Source: a bacterium (GTDB lineage Bacteria > Hinthialibacterota > Hinthialibacteria > Hinthialibacterales > Hinthialibacteraceae). Taken from it: a DNA stretch of 64,000 nucleotides. Shown one piece after another: positions 9,760-19,576 of the stretch. How positions within the stretch are numbered: position 1 is the stretch's first letter; every line of letters begins with the position of its first letter. The position numbers were made by a program, and so were the translations under genes. The notes under the pieces were generated by a model that saw nothing but the letters and a program-made list of their open reading frames with translations, ran no database searches and was not told the DNA's origin. The stretch spans positions 1,248,001 through 1,312,000 of the forward strand of contig CAXXMV010000006.1 of the NCBI GenBank assembly GCA_963662285.2. The letters run 5' to 3'.

Positions 9760-10617
9760 ATGAACATGCGAAGAAGAGATTTTCTAATATCGGGGATCGG
9801 CGCGGCAGCCATCCTTCAAACAGCAGGAAGCACTGCTCTAGCGCAAAACGCCCGGCGGCAAAGAGCGCCGCGCATCGGCATTCAATTGTACGCCGTACGC
9901 AATGATTTTAGCAAAGACGTTCCCGGCACCATCAAAAACATGGCCGGATTGGGATATCAGGGCGTCGAGTTTTGGGGATATGGCGGAACTCCAAATGTTT
10001 TCCAGGACTGGTCGGCGGAAAAATTGCGTAAAGAACTGGATGACAATAATATCCGCTGCTGCGGCATGCACATCAACTTAAGCGCGCTGAGCAAAGACAA
10101 TATTGAAACCACCATCAAAAACAATCAGGTCTTGGGAAACCGTTATTTGAACGTCGCGGCTGCGGGCAATATGATGGAATCGCCTGAGACTATCAAAAAA
10201 TTCGCCGGCATCCTGAACGAATCCGCCAAAAAATTGCAAGAGCACAGAATGCGGGTGGGTTATCATTGTCATGGATTCGATTTCAAACAAGTTGATGGAG
10301 TATCCGCTTGGGATACGCTTTTTGCCCAGGTTGATCCTGAGGTCATGATGCAACTTGATACTGGCAACTGCGCTGAAGGCGGCGGCGATCCGGTTACAAT
10401 ATTGAAAAAGTTCCCCGGACGCGTTGCAACACTGCACGTTAAAGAATTCAAAGGCGCTCCACTCAAGGGCGACAACGCCGTTTGGAAAGAAATTATTGCG
10501 GTCTGCAAAGAACTGCATCGCACCAGGTGGTACATCGTTGAACAAGGCGAAGCATCAGGCGGAGGATTAGATATTCCACGCGCTAGTTTTGAAGAGTTGA
10601 AAAAATTGCTGGCGTAA
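9760..10617 (+). CDS. Tat-exported sugar phosphate isomerase/epimerase (AP endonuclease 2 TIM barrel)
   Basis: RRRDFL Tat motif; GIQLYAVR, GYHCH, QLDTGN, LHVKE and IVEQ motifs; SD GGAGA before ATG 9760. Confidence 0.85.
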   Translation: MNMRRRDFLISGIGAAAILQTAGSTALAQNARRQRAPRIGIQLYAVRNDFSKDVPGTIKNMAGLGYQGVEFWGYGGTPNVFQDWSAEKLRKELDDNNIRCCGMHINLSALSKDNIETTIKNNQVLGNRYLNVAAAGNMMESPETIKKFAGILNESAKKLQEHRMRVGYHCHGFDFKQVDGVSAWDTLFAQVDPEVMMQLDTGNCAEGGGDPVTILKKFPGRVATLHVKEFKGAPLKGDNAVWKEIIAVCKELHRTRWYIVEQGEASGGGLDIPRASFEELKKLLA

Positions 10618-10640
10618 GTCATTGATTTATTACAATAATC

Positions 10641-10680
10641 AAACGGGTTGTAGGAGAAATCTTACAGCCTGTTTTTTTTT
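10641..10680 (+). terminator. Rho-independent terminator
   Basis: AAACGGGTTGTAGGA..TCTTACAGCCTGTTT followed by poly-T. Confidence 0.65.
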
Positions 10681-10740
10681 GATTTTACTTGTGGGTGCTT
10701 TCTTGAGTGTTATTAATTTCGCTCTATCGTTGGTGGTTTG

Positions 10741-10780
10741 ATCAAGGGCTGACCGCAATGCGGTCTTGCCCTTGGCGCCC
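10741..10780. repeat. Dispersed 40-bp palindromic repeat (CAAGGGC...GCCCTTG family)
   Basis: ATCAAGGGCTGACCGCAATGCGGTCTTGCCCTTGGCGCCC. Copies at 2001, 2163, 27180, 29301, 38961 and 46572 (reverse). Confidence 0.9.
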
Positions 10781-10850
10781 ATGCAAACAGTTGATGAATA
10801 GGAAGGGATTGGCGCACCGGCTAGAAGCCGATGCTCCCCTTTTTGATGTT

Positions 10851-10885
10851 CCCCTCACCCTAGCCTTCTCCCGGAAGTAGAGGGA
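10851..10885. repeat. CCCTCACCCTAGCC(C/T)TCTCCC-type intergenic palindromic repeat
   Basis: An inverted relative lies at 17683-17718 (GGGAGAGGGCTAGGGTGAGGGG). Confidence 0.65.
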
Positions 10886-10920
10886 ACATTGTTGCACTTT
10901 GTTTATGGTTTATTCGAGCG

Positions 10921-12342
10921 CTATAGATTATAAATATGTTTGGCGTTATCAGCTAAATAACGCTTGGCCAGAGCCAATGCGGCGTCATAGGAAAGGTTGT
11001 TATTATCAATACGTTTTTGCAGGACGCGGGCTAATATCTTACGGCAAAAGTGCAGGGAACCGGCTGCCATTTCTACTGAGGTTGAATCGTGCCCGATGGC
11101 GACTTTGTTATCCGGCAGGTAGCCGATATAGGTCTCCATACTTTGTTCGAAGAATTCCAGACTGAGGATGGGCGACCAGCAGGGATCAATGAATACATTG
11201 GCGGTTGATTTGGCTAAATAGGCCGCCTCTTCGATGAATGGCCAGCAGTGCAGCAAAACGAAATTCACCTTGGGAAAATCGTGGATAAGTCTTTTTAAGG
11301 GCAATGGATTGGAATCGGGTACATTATGGGTGCCGACGTGAATCTGATGAGACCATCCATATTCTGAGGCCAATGCGGCGCATTCATAAACTACGAAATT
11401 GCCGAAAACCAGTCTCTTATCCCGGTCATCTGTTGCTTCAAAACAAACCTCGGAATCATTGGGGCGCTCAAAATTCAATGGCCGTTTGTAGGCTTGCAAC
11501 TGCTTAGTTCCCATGAAACCCGCCTGACGCGCCAGTGAAAAACACTTGGCGAGAAATTCGCGAAACTGATCCGCGTTTTTGGGATCGATTCCGGTCTTAT
11601 CCACGCAAAAGCGCATGGCGTTAGTGGGCTTGCTGTAGAAATCGCAGAAATGATCGATGCGCAGCAGGGGCGACATGACCTCATACTCTCTCCGCTTGCT
11701 CTGGTTGAAGCCGAATTCCAATTGAACCGGCCTGAGGATTTTCTCTATGTTGCTAATTTTGCAGGCTTCGGGATACCAATCCATTAAACGCTGGTATTTG
11801 CTGCGAACCGTGTTATCCAGTTTAAGTACGTTGTCGATTTGGTTTGATTTTGGATCAAGTAAATCCTGAATGCCTACGCTATATAATGAGCGAAAACCTT
11901 GATCCAGGCAGGTGAACCAACCAGTGCTGTGTAAGCCATCCAAGATTTCAATAATATGAGACCAGGCGGTCGCCGGTTCTTTTTTGAACCACTTTTTCAA
12001 ATCCTGAAAACCTTTGTTTCGCGCCAGGGCATTGCGGTCTACGCCCTTTGAACTTAATGCCATACCCGAATATGGATCAAATAGGATATCGATGATCGAT
12101 GCATCATCTGCTACAGCGTCTGATTCCAGGTCGGCCACATAGCCGGATTTTCTCCAACCAATGGCGTCGATTGATCCCCAATGCTCATGACCGGATATAT
12201 TGGGCAGCGTTTGGATTTGCTGGAGGAGGGATGATTGGGTTTCGCTTGCATAAGAAGGCAATGATTTTGTTGCCAATCCGGCGCCAACGGCTAGTCCGGC
12301 GCCTGCTGTGGTGATGAGGTTGCGGCGTGATATCCTGTTCAT
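10921..12342 (-). CDS. Tat-exported amidohydrolase-superfamily protein (uronate isomerase-like)
   Basis: SRRNLI Tat motif; GHEH, QIHVG, LLHCWPF and GHDS metal-binding motifs. Confidence 0.75.
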   Translation of the reverse strand: MNRISRRNLITTAGAGLAVGAGLATKSLPSYASETQSSLLQQIQTLPNISGHEHWGSIDAIGWRKSGYVADLESDAVADDASIIDILFDPYSGMALSSKGVDRNALARNKGFQDLKKWFKKEPATAWSHIIEILDGLHSTGWFTCLDQGFRSLYSVGIQDLLDPKSNQIDNVLKLDNTVRSKYQRLMDWYPEACKISNIEKILRPVQLEFGFNQSKRREYEVMSPLLRIDHFCDFYSKPTNAMRFCVDKTGIDPKNADQFREFLAKCFSLARQAGFMGTKQLQAYKRPLNFERPNDSEVCFEATDDRDKRLVFGNFVVYECAALASEYGWSHQIHVGTHNVPDSNPLPLKRLIHDFPKVNFVLLHCWPFIEEAAYLAKSTANVFIDPCWSPILSLEFFEQSMETYIGYLPDNKVAIGHDSTSVEMAAGSLHFCRKILARVLQKRIDNNNLSYDAALALAKRYLADNAKHIYNL

Positions 12343-12522
12343 AAGAGATTACCTGTTTGTATGAATATGTTCTTGTTAATCTAAGTTATCAATTTTAGAT
12401 CATCCTGGCAAGCGATGCTTTTGGTTTGGTCTGTGCGGCTACCCTATAATAATGGAAAACGATTACTGTATAATGCAATATTCATCAGACATTAATCTAA
12501 AAACAATATAAGGATAAATGTA

Positions 12523-13506
12523 ATGGTTCAATCTCATCTCGATCGCCGTCATTTTATGAAAACTATCCCTGCCGCAGCAGGAGCTTTGGCTCTTACATCA
12601 AGCGCCGCACAAGAAAAAAGTAAAGTGGTTGAAGTGCATCGCCCCGGTATAGTAGGCGCAAACCATCGCCCTGATCCAGCGGGCGTGATGGAAATGCTGG
12701 ATAAAGCCATGCATGAAATATCCGGTGAGAAATCCACCCGCGACCAATGGGCTAAATATGTCTCCAAGGACGATGTGGTTGGATTGAAAGTCAACGGATT
12801 GGGCGGCCCGCAGCTGTGCACTAGTACAGTATTAATTCAGGCCGTCATCAAACGCTTGGTGGAACTAGGCGTCAAAGAGAATAATATCATAATCTGGGAA
12901 GACCGGCAACGTTGCATCAGGTCATTCGGGATGCCGGAAAACATGGGTGATACAGGAGTACGCGTATGCCGGACTGATCATCCTTCCATTGGTTGGGCAG
13001 AACAGGAACTCGTTTTTGGCGGCGTTGCCGCGAACATTTCCAAAATTTTGACTGAGTATACAACCTGTATGATCAATCTGCCCATTCTGAAAGATCATTG
13101 TTTTTCGGGAACCACTATGGCGTTAAAGAATATCTCCCATGGTATAACCAACCGCTCAGGTAAGTTTCATACCAACAACTGCAATCCATTTATCGCTGAA
13201 GTAAATACAACTCCTGTGGTGCAAAAGAAATACCGCATCACCATTCTGGATGCTTTCCGTGGATGCTACGACAAAGGCCCGGAATGCATCCCGGCCTATC
13301 TCTATAACTATGATTCTCTCTATGTAGCTGTTGACCGCGTCGCCCTGGATACTATCGGAACCGAGCGGATCGCGGCGGTTCGCACAGAGAAAAATTTATT
13401 GCCTTTTTCAGAAGTGAACCGGCCTACAAACTATATCGCCGAAGCCAACAAACTTGGATTAGGGACTAATGATATGGCGAAAATTGATTATCAAAAACTT
13501 GGGTGA
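12523..13506 (+). CDS. Tat-exported DUF362 domain protein
   Basis: DRRHFM Tat motif; VGLKVN, INLPILKDH..G.TMALKN, DRVALD and GLGT motifs. Confidence 0.85.
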   Translation: MVQSHLDRRHFMKTIPAAAGALALTSSAAQEKSKVVEVHRPGIVGANHRPDPAGVMEMLDKAMHEISGEKSTRDQWAKYVSKDDVVGLKVNGLGGPQLCTSTVLIQAVIKRLVELGVKENNIIIWEDRQRCIRSFGMPENMGDTGVRVCRTDHPSIGWAEQELVFGGVAANISKILTEYTTCMINLPILKDHCFSGTTMALKNISHGITNRSGKFHTNNCNPFIAEVNTTPVVQKKYRITILDAFRGCYDKGPECIPAYLYNYDSLYVAVDRVALDTIGTERIAAVRTEKNLLPFSEVNRPTNYIAEANKLGLGTNDMAKIDYQKLG

Positions 13507-13527
13507 TAGGTGAAGGGGAAGAATAAA

Positions 13528-13560
13528 GATGGGAAGCGCTTTCGCTTTGTCACATCCTAC
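13528..13560 (-). repeat. GTAG-type REP
   Basis: The minus strand reads GTAGGATGTGACAAAGCGAAAGCGCTTCCCATC. A related copy lies at 46526-46558. Confidence 0.7.
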
Positions 13561-13614
13561 GAGATGTCTTTGTCGGGCGTATTTTTAACGTTACTGATTT
13601 AGGAGGAATATTCG

Positions 13615-14766
13615 ATGATTTCGCGTTGTTGTTCAATGGTACTTTTTATTTCTACTATTTTGTTTTCGACTCTGTTTCTTGTCTCCGACAGTTCGGCTTT
13701 ATCAGAAAATGAGAAAAAAGCGGGTTACACCGCTCTATTCAATGGTAAAGATTTGAGCGGTTGGACAGCCACCGGCAATAGTGATCGCTGGATCGTCAAA
13801 GATGGCGCGATTACCGGCCTGTCAAATGGAGGTGGATATTTACATACAGATAAAATTTATGAAAATTTCATTCTGAAACTGGAATATAAAATCGCTGATA
13901 GCGGTAATAGCGGCATTTTCTTTCATTATGTTGAACGGGGCCGTTCATCCCAGATGGGTGGAGAGATACAGGTCCTTGACAGTTACGGTAAAAAGCCAGA
14001 TAAGAATTCCGGTGGTTCTCTGTATGATGTTTTTCCTCCAGCAGTAAACGCATGCAAGCCTTCAACTGAATGGAACTCGGTTAAGATTGTATATATATGG
14101 CCCATATTAAAAGTAACTATGAATGGCATCGTGATTCATGACCGTGATATGCGCGACCACGAGAATACCCGGTGGCGGGCGCGCAGTGGACCAATTGCTT
14201 TCCAGGATCATGGCAGCAGCGTCTGGTACCGCGATATTCGTTTAATGGATTTAGGCGGCAACGAAAAAAGCGAGTGGATTCCACTATTCAATGGAAAATC
14301 CCTGGATGGCTGGGAATCCTTTGGCGCCGCTACTTGGAATATTGAAGGCGACGTCATTAAAGCGGAAAATGGCGTCGGTAGTCTGGTTACAAAAAAGAAA
14401 TTCAAAGATTATCACCTGTGGACTGCGGTTCTCAGCGAAGACCTGGTTCAAGGAGGCGTTTTGTACCGCTGGTTGAACAAAAAAGATCAGGGACATCAGG
14501 CCATCATCAATAATGCCACGCAGGATAATGCCTGGAAGACCGGCAGTATCAAGGATATTCAGCCGGCGCCATATCTTTATCCCGGTGACGGAAGTTGGTT
14601 TGGATTGCAGGTGATTGCCCAGGGTAATCAATCAACCGTACTGGTTAATGGTAAAGTTATGGCGAAATATGACCGGACTAAAGAGGTTGAGGGCAGCGTC
14701 GGCCTTCACATTGAGAATCCATTAGGAATTCTTCGATTTGCGGATTTAAGAATAAAACCGCTATGA
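13615..14766 (+). CDS. Secreted tandem DUF1080 (3-keto-disaccharide hydrolase/lyase-like) protein
   Basis: Two LFNGKxLxGW starts; GNSGIF, EIQVLD, GSLYD and QDHG..VWYRDI motifs in the first domain. Confidence 0.88.
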   Translation: MISRCCSMVLFISTILFSTLFLVSDSSALSENEKKAGYTALFNGKDLSGWTATGNSDRWIVKDGAITGLSNGGGYLHTDKIYENFILKLEYKIADSGNSGIFFHYVERGRSSQMGGEIQVLDSYGKKPDKNSGGSLYDVFPPAVNACKPSTEWNSVKIVYIWPILKVTMNGIVIHDRDMRDHENTRWRARSGPIAFQDHGSSVWYRDIRLMDLGGNEKSEWIPLFNGKSLDGWESFGAATWNIEGDVIKAENGVGSLVTKKKFKDYHLWTAVLSEDLVQGGVLYRWLNKKDQGHQAIINNATQDNAWKTGSIKDIQPAPYLYPGDGSWFGLQVIAQGNQSTVLVNGKVMAKYDRTKEVEGSVGLHIENPLGILRFADLRIKPL

Positions 14767-14815
14767 TTTGAGTGATTCCTGAATATTAGTATTTCACATT
14801 GATTATAGACATCTC

Positions 14816-14841
14816 CAAAAGCCCATATCTATGGGCTTTTG
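14816..14841 (+). terminator. Intrinsic terminator hairpin
   Basis: CAAAAGCCCATA-TC-TATGGGCTTTTG. Confidence 0.65.
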
Positions 14842-14971
14842 TGATTTCAATTTAATTGTGATTTTATGAATCATTATCATTGATGGAATGGTTTGCTTTA
14901 TTGTTGCAATTTATGCTATAATTTTAGAGTTGTTATTTATTTTTTATTTTTCCGGTTGAGGGACGCGCCTG

Positions 14972-17650
14972 ATGATAAGGCGATTTGTGGTTTTTATAGT
15001 ATCCGCATGCGTGGTTTTCTGGGCTTTGGCGTCTGGAGAATCGGCCTATCTATATTCTTCTGAAATCACTTTACATGATTTATTTGACGATGGCAAAAAA
15101 GTCTATGACGCCAAGGATATACTGCGCTTCAGTACACTGTGGATGCGTAACACCAAGCATACTGATGAAGGCGACCTTAATGGAGACGAAGTCGTTGATT
15201 TCCAAGACCTGATAGGTTTAACCAATGCATATAAAAATAATCTTGCGCCCAATTCGTTCTCTATAACCGATGCGACGCCAACGCCAACTCCAATGTTCGA
15301 TCCAAACGCTACTCCAACTCTGACGCCTACGCTTGATCCGAACGATACGCCAACGCCGACATTTGATCCCAACGCTACGCCAACGCCGACGTTTGACCCG
15401 GATGCTACGCCAACGCCGACGGTTGATCCGGATGCTACGCCGACGCCGACGGTTGATCCAAACGCTACGCCGACGTCGACGGTTGATCCGGATGCTACGC
15501 CGACGCCGACGGTTGATCCAAATGCTACGCCGACGTCGACGGTTGACCCGGATGCTACGCCGACGCCGACGCTTGATCCGGATGCTACGCCGACGCCGAC
15601 GGTTGATCCGGATGCTACGCCGACGTCGACGGTTGACCCGGATGCTACGCCTACGCCTACTCCGACTGTTGATCCGGATGCCACGCCGACTTCTACATCG
15701 GCTTCAGGCCCGACAAACACGCCCACGTCATATCCTACAGTTGCCATTCCGACGCCAGAAATTCCAACGCCGGGCATTCCACCGCCGGAGTTTGTCCGTC
15801 TATGGGAATTGCATCCTTCACTCTCGTTGTTTCGTAATGCGGTCTATCCTCCATCAGCCGATGGTTATGCCGCCAGTGAAGAGGGGTATGCGGTTATTGC
15901 GCCATTGTTAGATGGATCGAATTCATTTATCTCTATTGATCGGTTCGGGCGGATTTTTAACCGGAATCTGCCGATCTCATTATCAGATTATTCAGGATTA
16001 GCGTTGGTTGACGGACAAGCGTCGTTTGGCAAATTTTTTGAGTCGCCGGAAGATACCCGGCGTTTTCGTTTTGAATCTTTCACCATGGAAGCGATTGCCG
16101 GTGAGCTGCTAGACGTGGAGCATTTAGGCGCTGACGCCATTGACTGGTCGTTCTGTGGTTCAACCACTGGCGCCGCGATGGCGGTATTGCGCTACCCCAA
16201 CTTGATTGTAGTGCATCGCATCGGCGTTATTGGAGAATATCTGGGTCAGACGGAAATTATGACTGGAGACGATTTGCCCACTAATCCCCAGACTTTTCTT
16301 TGCGGCGTCAGTGGAGACTACATTGCGGTTTTGTATTCCAGGAATTTTGATTCCAGTAAAAGCACATCAACTCCGTTGAGTATCTGGATTTTGAATACCT
16401 CTGGTGAATTGCAAACCGAAGAACCTATTATTATCTCATTCGATATGATGATCGACCACATTGTTGGAGATGGCAATGGGACTTTTTATATTGTTTCCCG
16501 AAGTTCGTATGGTCCTAATCTGACCAGATTTACAAAGGATGGAATAATTGGCAACCGCGTTTTGCCGCATAGCGCAATCGTCGATATTCAATGGCAAGAC
16601 GATATGTTGTGGGTGCTGGATGGCGCCTCGCATGTTATGTGGGGTTATAACGAGGAAGGCATTTTGCGCAATGGCCCGGTTTCTCTATTTCCACCGGGAT
16701 GGACCCAGGCGCCGAAATGGCTGCAATTAAAAAAGAGCGGCGCCGATTTGGGGGCTTTTTTCACTGACTTGAACACGCAAAGCACAGTGCATTATATGCA
16801 GATCGAATCGGGTATGATGGCCACGCCTACGCCGCTGCCTGCTCCGGGCGTACCAACCGGCGTGACTGCTACGGTTGAAATTGGTGATGATCTTTTAATT
16901 GATATGATCAAAATCGCACGCGGAGTATATACCTGTGGAAGCCCTGATTCTGAGTCGGGGCGTCGTCCTAATGAAGGGCCAGAGCATACTGTGACTCTAA
17001 CTCAGGATTTCTTCATCAGCAGGACTGAGATCACCAACCAGCAATACCATGCTTTTAATCCGGGTAAGCAGGCGCCAAATTATGGTGGATTGGATTTAGG
17101 TCTTGATGATATGCCCATTGTTGGAATATCTTGGGATGACGCCAATGATTTCTGCGAGTGGCTTAGTGCAACAACTGAATTTACTTTCTCGCTGCCGACC
17201 GAGGCTGAATGGGAATACGTAGCCCGTGCGGGCAGCACGACGCGGCGTCCCTGGGGGGATGATCTCGGAAACCTGGAAGTATGCGCGCATACCAACAGCG
17301 CTGATGTCAGCGCGGCGTCTGCCTATACAGATATCGAAGTGAGTCATAATTATTCAAACTGTGATGATGGTTACATCGGTCCGGCGCCGGTTGCATCGTT
17401 TCCCGCCAATGAATTCGGCGTCTACGATATGTTAGGTAATGTGCGCGAATGGTGCTATGACTGGTTTGAGAGATATGATGGCAGTTCTTTGACTGATCCC
17501 AGCGGCCCGGGTAGTGGGAAATCACGCATCATACGGGGCGGCTCATGGAAAGACGGCCCTGATGTGATCCGTTGCGCCTACCGTAGTGGACGCCCGCCTG
17601 ATGAAACAGATGCAAATTTAGGATTCAGGGTGGTGATTCGCGAGGATTAG
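14972..17650 (+). CDS. Secreted protein with EF-hand/dockerin-like motif, Pro/Thr linker and C-terminal FGE-sulfatase (SUMF1) domain
   Basis: Signal peptide; GDLNGDEVVDFQDL; DPDATPTPTV repeats; LPTEAEWEYVARAG, YDMLGNVREW, RGGSW and LGFRVV motifs. Confidence 0.88.
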   Translation: MIRRFVVFIVSACVVFWALASGESAYLYSSEITLHDLFDDGKKVYDAKDILRFSTLWMRNTKHTDEGDLNGDEVVDFQDLIGLTNAYKNNLAPNSFSITDATPTPTPMFDPNATPTLTPTLDPNDTPTPTFDPNATPTPTFDPDATPTPTVDPDATPTPTVDPNATPTSTVDPDATPTPTVDPNATPTSTVDPDATPTPTLDPDATPTPTVDPDATPTSTVDPDATPTPTPTVDPDATPTSTSASGPTNTPTSYPTVAIPTPEIPTPGIPPPEFVRLWELHPSLSLFRNAVYPPSADGYAASEEGYAVIAPLLDGSNSFISIDRFGRIFNRNLPISLSDYSGLALVDGQASFGKFFESPEDTRRFRFESFTMEAIAGELLDVEHLGADAIDWSFCGSTTGAAMAVLRYPNLIVVHRIGVIGEYLGQTEIMTGDDLPTNPQTFLCGVSGDYIAVLYSRNFDSSKSTSTPLSIWILNTSGELQTEEPIIISFDMMIDHIVGDGNGTFYIVSRSSYGPNLTRFTKDGIIGNRVLPHSAIVDIQWQDDMLWVLDGASHVMWGYNEEGILRNGPVSLFPPGWTQAPKWLQLKKSGADLGAFFTDLNTQSTVHYMQIESGMMATPTPLPAPGVPTGVTATVEIGDDLLIDMIKIARGVYTCGSPDSESGRRPNEGPEHTVTLTQDFFISRTEITNQQYHAFNPGKQAPNYGGLDLGLDDMPIVGISWDDANDFCEWLSATTEFTFSLPTEAEWEYVARAGSTTRRPWGDDLGNLEVCAHTNSADVSAASAYTDIEVSHNYSNCDDGYIGPAPVASFPANEFGVYDMLGNVREWCYDWFERYDGSSLTDPSGPGSGKSRIIRGGSWKDGPDVIRCAYRSGRPPDETDANLGFRVVIRED
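15270..15690 (+). repeat. Intragenic 30-bp tandem repeat encoding DP(D/N)ATPT(P/S)TV
   Basis: About 13 copies of a GATCCGGATGCTACGCCGACGCCGACGGTT-like unit. Confidence 0.92.
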
Positions 17651-17809
17651 AATTGTTTTCTTATTATGCCGAATAAGCAAGTCCCCTCTCGCGGCGGGAG
17701 AGGGCTAGGGTGAGGGGGAATTATAGGGTGCGCCTCTCTTGGGCGCCTTGTATGACGTATTAATCATTGATGACAAAAAGCCCCTTTTCAATCAGGTTAA
17801 GGGTAAGGC

Positions 17810-18007
17810 GGGTGGCAAGGGCAGTGTATTTTCTGCCCTTGATTGAGTTCACCTCATTTATTTCCATAGTTTTTATCAACAATCCACGTTGAAGGTAGAA
17901 TGAAATTCAATTTTTTGTGCTTGTAAATGGATTATAAATAATCAAGGTTCTTTTTGTTTTTCCAAAGTTTTCAGTCAAGGGCAGAAAGGACACTGCCCTT
18001 GGCACCC
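17810..18007. repeat. REPIN/MITE-like element with 37-bp terminal inverted repeats
   Basis: GGGTGGCAAGGGCAGTGTATTTTCTGCCCTTGATTGA (17810-17846) versus the reverse complement of 17971-18007, GGGTGCCAAGGGCAGTGTCCTTTCTGCCCTTGACTGA. AT-rich spacer. Confidence 0.8.
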
Positions 18008-18201
18008 ATATTGATCTATTCATAGCAATTAATTCTGTCAAAACTTGTGGGTAAAGATCAGACCTTCGGGAGGGCTATAGTAAGGACGAATAAAAAAAAT
18101 CATCACCCGGCATAAAAAATTGGTCACATGTTTGTATAACCTATAACGAATAATCGATCCATATAGAAATATATTTACTGATGAATGATAAAAAAAAACA
18201 T

Positions 18202-18239
18202 TTGACAGCGTCTTAACTGTATGGTAAGATGTCATACAG
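18202..18239 (+). promoter_or_regulatory. Sigma70 promoter with overlapping YtrA-type operator
   Basis: TTGACA (18202-18207), 17 bp, TAAGAT (18225-18230). The inverted repeat CTGTATG-N9-CATACAG (18217-18239) covers the -10 box. Confidence 0.8.
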
Positions 18240-18253
18240 ATAAGGCAAGGATC

Positions 18254-18649
18254 ATGTTGATGGATATCCGGATTAATTACAATAGCGGCGAGCCGATTTG
18301 TAGTCAGGCTATTGCGCAGATCAAGTTTAAGGTGGTCAGCGGCGAGCTGCGCACTGGCGATAAACTGCCTTCGATCCGTGAACTGGCCAAGTCCTTGAAG
18401 ATTAACCCCACTACAGTATCCCGCATATATTCGGAACTGGCCAACCAGGGAATCATCACGTTGCGCCAGGGGCAGGGGGCGTTCGTATCGGATATGAAGG
18501 TGCGGCTGTCATCCCAAGAGGTGAAGCGTTTGATGCAGGATCATGTGCGCAAGACGCTGGTTGAGGGATTGCGCCTGGGAATGGATATGGATGAGATCAT
18601 CGACATGATGCAGGCGGAGCATAAGAAAATTACGAAAAGCGGGCGGTGA
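18254..18649 (+). CDS. GntR-family regulator, YtrA subfamily
   Basis: GDKLPSIRELAKSLKINPTTVSRIY..L...G...LRQGQGAFV; short C-terminal helix. Start moved from 18221 because the promoter overlaps that ATG. Confidence 0.9.
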   Translation: MLMDIRINYNSGEPICSQAIAQIKFKVVSGELRTGDKLPSIRELAKSLKINPTTVSRIYSELANQGIITLRQGQGAFVSDMKVRLSSQEVKRLMQDHVRKTLVEGLRLGMDMDEIIDMMQAEHKKITKSGR

Positions 18650-18652
18650 TAT

Positions 18653-19576
18653 ATGATCGAGACGCGGGGGCTTACCAAGACTTTTAATAAGAACGTCGCC
18701 GTATGTATGTTGGATCTGAAGGTCAAAGCGGGTTCAATTCATGGCTTTCTAGGGATGAACGGAGCGGGGAAGAGCACCACTATCCGCACTGTAATGGGGC
18801 ATCTTCACCCCAGCGCCGGGCAAGTGCTGACGTTGGGGAGCAATCCCTGGAAGCATAGCGAAGAACAGCGCCGTCGGGTGGCTTATGTTTCGGAAAATAT
18901 GGAGATACCTGGTTGGATGACTCCACGGAATGCAGTGCAGTTCCGTTCGGCGTTTTATCCTGAGTGGAATCATGAACTATGCCGGATGTTATTAACGGAT
19001 TTTGGACTAATCGTTGATACGGCGTTCCACGCGCTTTCTAAGGGGAAGAAGCGGTTGTTGTGCATCCTGTTGGCTCTGTGTCAAAACGCTGATCTTTTAA
19101 TAATGGATGAACCAGCTTCGGGATTGGATGTAGTCGCCCGGCGTGAGTTGCTGGATAGGATTCTGGATATCGCCTGTGACGGAAGACGTACGGTATTTAT
19201 CTCTTCCCACCTGCTCAGCGATTTGGAACGTGTGGTGGATCAGGTTACATTGATCAGCCGGGGGACGAAATTAATTGATGGCGGCTTGGATCAGTTGAAG
19301 CAATCGATCCGCGAGATTCATATTTCCGGTAGTTTCGAGCAAACTGATTTTGAGCAATATTTTCAGACGCTTCAGTTCAAGCGCAATGATAACGGCGTTG
19401 ATGCAATCATCGCTGATTATGATGAAGCAAGATTCAGCGCGTTCTGCGCAAAATTCAGTTGTGGGGATACTGCGCAGGTTAATGGATTTAATCTGGAAGA
19501 TTTATTCGTGACGCTGGAGCAAAACCGCGCTGGATTGATTAACGCAGATATGGAGGAATCCACTGATGATGCGTGA
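18653..19576 (+). CDS. ABC transporter ATP-binding protein (YtrB-like)
   Basis: Walker A GMNGAGKST, LSKG signature, LLIMDEP Walker B, SSHLL. Confidence 0.93.
   Translation: MIETRGLTKTFNKNVAVCMLDLKVKAGSIHGFLGMNGAGKSTTIRTVMGHLHPSAGQVLTLGSNPWKHSEEQRRRVAYVSENMEIPGWMTPRNAVQFRSAFYPEWNHELCRMLLTDFGLIVDTAFHALSKGKKRLLCILLALCQNADLLIMDEPASGLDVVARRELLDRILDIACDGRRTVFISSHLLSDLERVVDQVTLISRGTKLIDGGLDQLKQSIREIHISGSFEQTDFEQYFQTLQFKRNDNGVDAIIADYDEARFSAFCAKFSCGDTAQVNGFNLEDLFVTLEQNRAGLINADMEESTDDA

Noticed and set aside
15103-15911. Arg-rich ORF 15333-15911 (+) and Val/Gly-rich ORF 15103-15777 (-)
   Set aside because: Alternative-frame shadows of the 30-bp Pro/Thr linker repeat.
14972-17650. Diversity-generating retroelement target (C-terminal FGE/CLec fold)
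   Set aside because: No reverse transcriptase and no template repeat matching the 3' end is visible in the window.
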